Assembly (NCBI GenBank): GCA_964458565.1 | Contig: CAYWJO010000065.1 | Location: forward strand, 1 to 14,806 | DNA from: an uncultured archaeon | Lineage (GTDB): Archaea > Asgardarchaeota > Thorarchaeia > Thorarchaeales > Thorarchaeaceae | Length of the DNA stretch: 14,806 nucleotides | Reading direction: 5' to 3' | In this document: positions 7,977 to 14,806 of the stretch, piece after piece | Layout: each line of letters starts with the position of its first letter | How positions within the stretch are numbered: position 1 is the stretch's first letter | Notes under the pieces: model-generated | Databases searched by the model: none | What the model saw: only the letters and a program-made list of their open reading frames with translations | What the model was told of the DNA's origin: nothing | Position numbers and translations under genes: made by a program

Positions 7977-9800
7977 ATGACAAACAATGACAATCAACAT
8001 AAAAGAACTCCAACCAGATACATGCTTGAAGGTCTCTTCAAACACCCAAGTGCAATTATTTTCGCAACAATCCTGACAATTATCTCTTCTCTATTGACTA
8101 CACTACCAAGTGTGTATTTGAAATATACCTTTGATGAATTAGAGGCTTCAAATGCAATAACTGCAACATTTATGGCATATATCTGGGCTATTGTTGCCTT
8201 TACTTTGATATACATGGTACTATATTTTGGAGTTGGGTACGTTTGGGCAGTAGTGACGCTAGGATGGGAACGAGATGCTCGGCAAGAATTTTTTGAAATT
8301 CTTCAGGAGAATAGCATGACTTTTCATGATGAGGTTGATAGTAAGAAACTTCTCTCTGTCGCAATGCAGGATATCAATTGGATTAGGATGTCGGTAAACC
8401 CAGGACTTCGAAACATTCTTGGTGGAATTGCATCTTTTGGAATCGTGGGTTTCTTTTTAGCTTTAAATGATTATCAACCTGGAATGGGTCCTGTTCCTAT
8501 ATTCACTCTTCTTATGGTGGTAGGCGCACCAATTTACCTATGGTTTGCTTATCGGTATGCTAGTGCTATTGAACCTGTAAGAAGATCCCGTTCAGAAACG
8601 ATAGAGAATCTTACTTCTATCTCACAAGGTGTATTTTCAGGTATTGAGGTTGTGAGGGCATTTGGAGCTGAGGATAGAGAATCTGAAAAATTCAGAAAAA
8701 CGTCTAAGGAATATTCGGATATTGTTACAAAAGAAGGTAGATTGTCTGCATTTTATCTTCCTGCACTTGTTCTAATTGCTATGACAACTATCGCATTCAT
8801 CTATGGCGCGGTAAATGTAATCGGTAATACGATGACCACTGGCTCTCTTATTCAAATTGTAACATTGCTCGTGTCATTAACATTTCTAAACTTCCAATTC
8901 CCATTTATGCTGCTGATGCTCAGAGGTGGTTGGGTCAACGCAAAACGGGTCGTAGATATACTCAACTGGGATGAGCCAATGATTGAACCCGAGCAGTCAT
9001 GTGAAGTTGAATGGGGTAGTGACATAGTCTTTGATAATGTGAGTTTCGCATATAATTCAAACAATGAGCATAATAATCATTATGCCCTTAAGGATTTCAA
9101 TATCACAATCCCTGGTGGCTCAAGAGTGGCACTCATAGGAGGTCCTGGAGGTGGAAAATCAACCATTCTTAAGTTGCTTCTACGTTTGTATGATCCTACA
9201 AACGGTAGTCTACGAATCGGCGGAGTTGATCTTCGACAAGTCAGTACCAACGATGTCCGAGCTGCAATGGGCTTAGTTGAACAAGATATTTTCCTATTTA
9301 GAATGACCGTCAGAGAGAATATTTCTTTCGGACGACCTGATGCTACAGATGAAGAGATAATAGAGGCGGCTAAGCGTGCACAAGCAGACGAATTTATTCA
9401 AGAATTACCCAATGGTTATGATTCCATGATTGGAGAAAGGGGTATGACTCTGAGTGGTGGTCAGAGACAGAGATTAGCAATCGCTAGAGCATTAGTTCAA
9501 GATCCCAAAATTCTTTTACTCGATGATTCAGTCAGTGCAGTTGACGCGCAAACTGAGTTTCTCCTGAGAAAAGCGCTGGGTGCAGCACTGGTCAATAGGA
9601 CGAGTATAACAGTCACACAACGGCTCAGAACACTGATTGAATCAGATATGGTAATTATTGTTGACAAGGGACAATTGATGGCTGCAGGTTGTCACGAAGA
9701 CCTACTTCAAACATCTGACCACTATAGACGCATCTTTGAACGATTGCCTGGAGCAAGCACAATTCTCAAAGTAGCTCCAATCAAAGGAGGTTTGAAATAA
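7977..9800 (+). CDS. ABC exporter half-transporter (TMD+NBD), degenerate-site subunit (TM287/LmrC-like)
   Basis: Roughly 6 TM helices, Walker A GGPGGGKST, signature LSGGQRQR, Walker B LLLDDS (Asp in place of the catalytic Glu), switch His replaced by Gln (VTQRL). Confidence 0.95.
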   Translation: MTNNDNQHKRTPTRYMLEGLFKHPSAIIFATILTIISSLLTTLPSVYLKYTFDELEASNAITATFMAYIWAIVAFTLIYMVLYFGVGYVWAVVTLGWERDARQEFFEILQENSMTFHDEVDSKKLLSVAMQDINWIRMSVNPGLRNILGGIASFGIVGFFLALNDYQPGMGPVPIFTLLMVVGAPIYLWFAYRYASAIEPVRRSRSETIENLTSISQGVFSGIEVVRAFGAEDRESEKFRKTSKEYSDIVTKEGRLSAFYLPALVLIAMTTIAFIYGAVNVIGNTMTTGSLIQIVTLLVSLTFLNFQFPFMLLMLRGGWVNAKRVVDILNWDEPMIEPEQSCEVEWGSDIVFDNVSFAYNSNNEHNNHYALKDFNITIPGGSRVALIGGPGGGKSTILKLLLRLYDPTNGSLRIGGVDLRQVSTNDVRAAMGLVEQDIFLFRMTVRENISFGRPDATDEEIIEAAKRAQADEFIQELPNGYDSMIGERGMTLSGGQRQRLAIARALVQDPKILLLDDSVSAVDAQTEFLLRKALGAALVNRTSITVTQRLRTLIESDMVIIVDKGQLMAAGCHEDLLQTSDHYRRIFERLPGASTILKVAPIKGGLK

Positions 9801-11863
9801 TGGGAATGCGTGGACATGGTGGTCCAAGAGCATTGGCTCTTCAGCGAGAGAAGAGAAGTCGCCCTATGCGAGTTCTCCTTGGCAGAATGGTACATTATCT
9901 TGGTGGTTTTAGAAAAATTGTCGCGATCGGTGCTGTCTTTTCACTCATTGCCAGCATTCTTGGTGTTATCATCCCCGTTATATTGACAGATGGTATTGAT
10001 GTAATCGCAGCTAATAATCCCATTCTCGCAGACGTACTCTATCTTATCACCCTGTATGTAGCTTTGAGTTTAGCCTATTGGATTATAGGGAGTCTAAAAA
10101 CATGGGTATTGTCATCCGCACAGGCTGGATTTGTGCAAATAATCCAATCTGATACTTACGATCATCTTGTTAATGCAGATTTAATGTTCCATAAGTCGCA
10201 GCAGAGCGGAAATATCACATCACGTGTAACAACAGATGCTGTTTCATTATCTACAGGCATTCAAGTTATTATTGATTTCTTTAGTCAAATCCTTCTATTA
10301 GGAACCACTTTCTACATATTATGGATAACCGCACCTGAAATTGCTATAACTGCACTCGTTGTGGTTCCTGGAGTAATCTTCATTGCAGTTCTCTTTGGTA
10401 CTGTGGGTCAACGTATCATGCTGGCATCCCAGAGGGCATATGGTGCCGTGTCTGGCCAGATTGCTGAGAATCTGAGTGGTGTACATGTTGCTAAAGCATT
10501 CAATAGAGAGGATGAGTTAGCGGAAGAGATGTGTGAGCTTAATGCTAAAGCTTACAGACATGGATTTAGATTCATGATACTGATGAGCGCGATGCAACCA
10601 ATGGTCCGGTCATTTGGACAAATTGGAACTGTAGCAATATTGTTTGTAGGAGCTTCCCTTGCGGTTCAGACCGTTCCATTACTGACCATTGGAGGTGTCG
10701 TTTTGGGAGTTCTTTTAGTGAACCAGTTCATGTTTCCGCTGTTAGGTCTATCAATGATGGCATCACAGGTGCAAGCTTCTTTAGCTGCAATGGATAGGAT
10801 ATCTGATGTATTGGAATCCAAACCCGCAATTGCTGATTCACCTGAATCCACAGATTTGCTTGAAGAGAGTGATGGAATTACTTTTGATAATGTGACGTTC
10901 TCGTATGTGAAGGATACACCTGTTCTCAAAGCAATCAGTTTTAAGATACTACCAGGCGAACTTATAGCGATTGTAGGTCATACTGGTGCGGGAAAGACAA
11001 CAATTGCTTCTCTCATAAACAGATTCTATGATCCCGATTCAGGAGCTATACGGATTGGGAATCAAGATATCAGAGATGTCACTCTCAAGTCACTACATGA
11101 TTCTATTTCATTGATTCCACAGGAACCATACCTATTCGATGGTACAATATTTGAAAACATCCGATATGGGAAGCCTGATGCAGATAATGAAGAGATTATC
11201 AAACTCTGCAAGATGATTGGTGCTGATGAGTTCATTGAAGCACTCGCTGATGGGTACAATTCGCTGATTCTTGAGAGTGGAAAGAATCTATCTGCTGGGC
11301 AAAAACAGATGATAACGATAGCTCGTACAATGCTGGCAGATCCCAAAATTCTAATCCTCGATGAAGCTACTAGTAGATTAGATGCTTACAGTGAATCCCT
11401 TGTTCAAGACGCTCAAGCAAAACTGTTTACTGATAGGACAACTATAGTAATTGCACATAGACTCACTACGATTGCAAATGCTTCACGGATCATAATGTTT
11501 GAGAACGGAGAAATCATCGAAGAAGGTACACATAAGGAACTTCTAGCGAAGGAGGGCAAGTTCAAAGCACTTTATGATACGTATTATGCTCATCAAGGTG
11601 TGGAGGAATTGACTGAAGATATTGCAGAAGTCGCCAAAGAAGAAGTTTCTAAGGCTGGTGAATCTCCAATTCCAGCTCAAGGTCCTGGTATGGGATTTGG
11701 TATGGGTGGAATGGGTATGGGTGGCATGCCTTCAGGTATGAGTCCACCAAGCCCTGAGCAATTGAAAAAGATGATTAAACATATGCCGCCTGAAATGGTC
11801 GAACAGATTAAAGAACGACATCCTGAGATGTTTGCATCCGATGATGCAGATACTGGGGAATGA
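9800..11863 (+). CDS. ABC exporter half-transporter (TMD+NBD), consensus-site subunit (TM288/LmrD-like) with Gly/Met/Pro-rich C-terminal tail
   Basis: Walker A GHTGAGKTT, degenerate signature LSAGQKQ, Walker B ILILDEATS, switch IAHRL. Coupled to the upstream gene by a TAATG stop/start overlap at 9798-9802. Confidence 0.95.
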   Translation: MGMRGHGGPRALALQREKRSRPMRVLLGRMVHYLGGFRKIVAIGAVFSLIASILGVIIPVILTDGIDVIAANNPILADVLYLITLYVALSLAYWIIGSLKTWVLSSAQAGFVQIIQSDTYDHLVNADLMFHKSQQSGNITSRVTTDAVSLSTGIQVIIDFFSQILLLGTTFYILWITAPEIAITALVVVPGVIFIAVLFGTVGQRIMLASQRAYGAVSGQIAENLSGVHVAKAFNREDELAEEMCELNAKAYRHGFRFMILMSAMQPMVRSFGQIGTVAILFVGASLAVQTVPLLTIGGVVLGVLLVNQFMFPLLGLSMMASQVQASLAAMDRISDVLESKPAIADSPESTDLLEESDGITFDNVTFSYVKDTPVLKAISFKILPGELIAIVGHTGAGKTTIASLINRFYDPDSGAIRIGNQDIRDVTLKSLHDSISLIPQEPYLFDGTIFENIRYGKPDADNEEIIKLCKMIGADEFIEALADGYNSLILESGKNLSAGQKQMITIARTMLADPKILILDEATSRLDAYSESLVQDAQAKLFTDRTTIVIAHRLTTIANASRIIMFENGEIIEEGTHKELLAKEGKFKALYDTYYAHQGVEELTEDIAEVAKEEVSKAGESPIPAQGPGMGFGMGGMGMGGMPSGMSPPSPEQLKKMIKHMPPEMVEQIKERHPEMFASDDADTGE

Positions 11864-11913
11864 GATTTGACCCATTTAGAAACCAGATTGAAACGAGATA
11901 TGGGATGTTAATG

Positions 11914-12717
11914 TTACACTTCTTGAACATCAATTGTGAGTTCTTGGGAGCAAATTAGAAAACCACCGATTAAGATGTAGCCTTCAATAGCCAGAATTCC
12001 AACAATGACGAGGATGATCATTGTTGATGCATACCATACTAATAGACTACTCAGGTACATTGCCATTAATCCCAAAAACAAGTAGCGAATGATCCCTCCA
12101 ATATGCCCCTCACGGAGTGCATAGTACTGAGTATAAATAGAAGCTGTAATTAATCCCATGATAACCGAGAAGAACAAATACCATGTCGATTCATATGGAC
12201 CATATTCGACATTTGCACCAAGTATACTTGGAAATGCAAGTATTAATGCTAGGGCTCCGAAGACTAGTGCAATTGCCCAAAGACGTGGAAACGCAAAACC
12301 CAGCACATTATTTGAGGCTCTCACATAACCTGCGACTCCAAGTATCCATAGAATGAGTGCAGTTGCTCTAGCACTTGATACCATGTATGGAAGAACTTGG
12401 TTTTCTGGTTGACTCAATGCGATGGCATTAGCAATATCCGCTAATGCTAGAACAAGAATACCTGCCGATAGGAGCACTCCTAGCATATGGAATGTATCAT
12501 CATGAAATAAGCCAGAGGAGCTATATTTGAGGAGACCAAAAAATCCGACTCCAAAGCCAAGCATCGCTGAGACCACCGCCATTGTGATTCCAATTGAATT
12601 AGCGGGTAGACCAGTAAACGGCAATAAAAGAAGTGAAAGAGCAGCAATCCCTATTGTAGCAAATGGTAGTATTCCTACACATTTTTTTCGAATGTGAGGC
12701 TTTGCTGCTTCTGTCAT
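11914..12717 (-). CDS. Uncharacterised integral membrane protein (~8 TM helices), resembling stand-alone membrane sensor modules
   Basis: 267 aa, eight hydrophobic segments with short loops and no soluble domain; 51 bp downstream of the longin gene on the same strand. Confidence 0.8.
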   Translation of the reverse strand: MTEAAKPHIRKKCVGILPFATIGIAALSLLLLPFTGLPANSIGITMAVVSAMLGFGVGFFGLLKYSSSGLFHDDTFHMLGVLLSAGILVLALADIANAIALSQPENQVLPYMVSSARATALILWILGVAGYVRASNNVLGFAFPRLWAIALVFGALALILAFPSILGANVEYGPYESTWYLFFSVIMGLITASIYTQYYALREGHIGGIIRYLFLGLMAMYLSSLLVWYASTMIILVIVGILAIEGYILIGGFLICSQELTIDVQEV

Positions 12718-12768
12718 GTAATCGTACCTTCAGTAGTTTGAACTTAGTATTGTGTGTTTTGCTTCTCA

Positions 12769-13962
12769 TTAAACGAAGAAACGTTCCCATTCAACTTCAA
12801 ATGCACGATTTGGGAAACGTGTTTCAACTTCATGTCGCGTTTGTGTGATAATCCTTTTCACGGGTGCCTTTCCTGTAAATTGATTTGCAGTCACACATAC
12901 CTCTTCCAATAATGCTCTTAATGCCTCTCGCAGTAATTGGGGTGATATTGCGCCTCTAGATACGCCCGCGATAAGTGATGGTCGCACCTCGATATCGACA
13001 TGCTCTTCTAACTCCACATACCCTAACCATGTGTATTGATTCACCAACTTGTTGCGTGCCTGAAGAAAGACCTGACGGGAGAGACGATATCCCAGTAGTT
13101 TGGAAAGCCTCTGTAAAAGACCTTGAAGGGTTGAGGCGTACAGGACTACTAATGCCTGTCCTGGTGAAACTTGCTCCACTTCTCTCCTTCTAGCAAGTGA
13201 TGCTATCTCTTGGAGAAACTGCCGTATATCAGATGTCTTGACTCTCTCTGCAGCTATGGAGAGTGGGGTTTCACCATCTAGCTGAGAGATAGCTCTTTTT
13301 ATCTCCTCTGAAACAGTCTGAGATGAATCACCGTTTTCTACAAATGTTGTTGGTTGATAGATATCATCTGGTCGAGGTAGCGTGGTTACTGTGACTGCTC
13401 TGTCCCAGAGCGCATCGACTGTGAGATTCATTGTAACCTCTACGGGAAGCTCGAGGAAATTACCTACATCTTCAACACTGCATTCTTCAGGTAATAGACT
13501 GAGAAACGCAGTGACATCTGGATTTCGAGTATAATATTCCCAATCTCTCTTTACATGAATTGTCGTGTGAGGATAGACCTGATCTCTGATGAACTCTTCA
13601 ATCATGACACGTTCAAAACGAGAATATACTGCAAGATCCATTTCAACCCAGCGAAGGAGATGAAACTGCTCCTCGAACCTGGCGATTACGCGAGATAGTT
13701 TATCTCTTAGAGCTGCTGTGTCATTTGAAGCAGCCATAGCTCCCATCGTCCACTCTCCGTTCTCAACGAGTAAGGTGTATCCTGTTCCTTCAAATGCTCT
13801 TGCTTTCGAATCTCGTGAGAGTGTTGCTTCATCAAAAAATGACGCCATCGCTACAATGAAGGATGAGAGTAAATGTGGGTCGAAAATCGATTCACCAAAG
13901 TCGTGATGGTACATACAAACCCCTGAGTCTCTTTTTATGATGTATAGGCTCTTCACGTCCAT
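12769..13962 (-). CDS. Longin-domain protein with two winged-helix-like repeats and a helical C-terminal domain
   Basis: aa 1-125 match the Asgard/eukaryotic longin pattern (SLYIIKRDSGVCMYHHDF...DPHLLSSFIVAMASFFDE...LSRVIARFEEQF...FERVMIEEF). aa ~148-193 and ~218-265 are wH-like (ISQLDGETPLSIAAE). GAGGT lies upstream of the ATG. Confidence 0.82.
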   Translation of the reverse strand: MDVKSLYIIKRDSGVCMYHHDFGESIFDPHLLSSFIVAMASFFDEATLSRDSKARAFEGTGYTLLVENGEWTMGAMAASNDTAALRDKLSRVIARFEEQFHLLRWVEMDLAVYSRFERVMIEEFIRDQVYPHTTIHVKRDWEYYTRNPDVTAFLSLLPEECSVEDVGNFLELPVEVTMNLTVDALWDRAVTVTTLPRPDDIYQPTTFVENGDSSQTVSEEIKRAISQLDGETPLSIAAERVKTSDIRQFLQEIASLARRREVEQVSPGQALVVLYASTLQGLLQRLSKLLGYRLSRQVFLQARNKLVNQYTWLGYVELEEHVDIEVRPSLIAGVSRGAISPQLLREALRALLEEVCVTANQFTGKAPVKRIITQTRHEVETRFPNRAFEVEWERFFV

Positions 13963-14096
13963 GGGTTTGTACCTCGGTGGAATATGCGGCTTCCCAAATA
14001 ATGATGAACTTAATCTCTTTTGAGGCTTCTAGTGAACCTCTACAGACTAATGCTATTGCATTATGACTATAAGTAATGAATCTTGTTTGTTGGGAT

Positions 14097-14708
14097 ATGA
14101 GCCGAGATAAAGAACTTGCAGTGAAATGTCCTTCATGTGGGACTGGAAATCTCAAAATCACTTCCATGATGTATAGCGTTCCTTTCTTCAATGAACTCGC
14201 GATGTTTACAATGGAATGTCCTGACTGCAACTTCCACCACAATGATGTTTTCTCTGCAGAACAACGAACTCCAAGTCGCTGGACACTACTAGTGAGTGAT
14301 CCTCAGTTACTTAGAGTAAGGGTTGTTCGTTCAGGATCAGGAACTATACGATTTCCTGAGTTTGGAATTGATGTGGAGCCAGGACCTGCAGCTGAGTCTT
14401 TCATCAGCAATGTAGAAGGGGTTCTTTACCGAACTAGGTCCGTTGTGGAAAGTGCTGTGAATTTCGCAGATACAGAAGAGCAACGCACTCAAGGTTTGAA
14501 AGTTTTGGATATGATGGAAAAGGCAATCAAAGGTGAACTCACCTTCACCCTTATCATTGAAGACCCAGCAGGTGTTAGTGGAATTTTACCTGATGATTTA
14601 CGTTTAGTAAAGCACGAAACACTCACTCTCGAGGAGGCTTCAGAGCTGAAAGGTGCTCCGATGTTCGTTGATTCGATTCGTGAAGAGTTCAGAGAGCACA
14701 AGGGTTAA
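14097..14708 (+). CDS. Archaeal ZPR1-related zinc-finger protein (COG1779)
   Basis: CPSCG...YSVPFFNE...CPDCNF, RVVRSGSGTIRFPEFGIDVEPGP, FISNVEGVL and FTLIIEDPAGVSGI are ZPR1 motifs. Start more likely ATG 14097 than 14076. Confidence 0.94.
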   Translation: MSRDKELAVKCPSCGTGNLKITSMMYSVPFFNELAMFTMECPDCNFHHNDVFSAEQRTPSRWTLLVSDPQLLRVRVVRSGSGTIRFPEFGIDVEPGPAAESFISNVEGVLYRTRSVVESAVNFADTEEQRTQGLKVLDMMEKAIKGELTFTLIIEDPAGVSGILPDDLRLVKHETLTLEEASELKGAPMFVDSIREEFREHKG

Positions 14709-14752
14709 AAACTGCGACGAAGGATGAGGGATTCGCCCCTGTGGCAATACAT

Positions 14753-14806
14753 GGGCCGGTAGATTAGCCCGGCAGATCGCATGGTTTGCATCCATGAGGC
14801 CGCGAG
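14753..14806 (+). tRNA. tRNA-Ala(UGC), 3' end truncated by the window
   Basis: GGGCCGG acceptor strand (G3 Ala identity base), TA, D-stem GATT/GATC, anticodon stem CATGG/CCATG with loop TT-TGC-AT, variable loop AGGCC, T-stem 5' strand GCGAG. No intron in the visible part. Confidence 0.9.

Noticed and set aside
12599-12790. Short minus-strand ORF with an ATG overlapping the longin stop (TAATG at 12767-12771), suggesting translational coupling or a frameshifted start of the 8-TM gene
   Set aside because: It is out of frame with the membrane gene, overlaps it and has no recognisable features. The membrane gene has its own plausible ATG with an AAGGT upstream.
13892-14242. 116-aa minus-strand ORF spanning the longin/ZPR1 intergenic region
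   Set aside because: It overlaps both real genes and their promoters and has no recognisable domain.
14712-14747. Possible k-turn or C/D-box-like RNA upstream of the tRNA (GGATGA ... CTG)
   Set aside because: There is no CTGA box D and the flanking stem is weak, so it cannot be supported.
1-14806. Mobile element, provirus or CRISPR-Cas content
   Set aside because: No integrase, transposase, terminal repeats, cas genes or arrays were seen.

Overview
An archaeal window of roughly 40% GC (estimated by eye), most consistent with an Asgard archaeon (Thorarchaeia-like). This is inferred from the longin-domain protein, the archaeal ZPR1 and DUF2070 genes and an archaeal-type tRNA. Gene order: partial secreted M28 peptidase (-, missed by the ORF track); SAMHD1/YwfO-like HD protein that has lost its catalytic residues (+); 758-aa protein with eight alternating Cys/His metal-ribbon modules, a Pro/Glu linker, a putative adaptin/COP appendage-like (Ig sandwich + platform) domain and a terminal Zn ribbon (+); ubiX (-); DUF2070 (-); PadR regulator with a tandem palindromic operator, followed by a heterodimeric ABC exporter (+); 8-TM membrane protein and a longin + tandem winged-helix (NPRL2-like) protein (-); ZPR1 zinc-finger protein (+); 5' part of tRNA-Ala(UGC) (+). 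The best candidates for new biology are the pseudo-dNTPase / multi-metal-ribbon appendage gene pair and the longin-wH / 8-TM gene pair. All homology calls come from visual motif recognition, not database searches.
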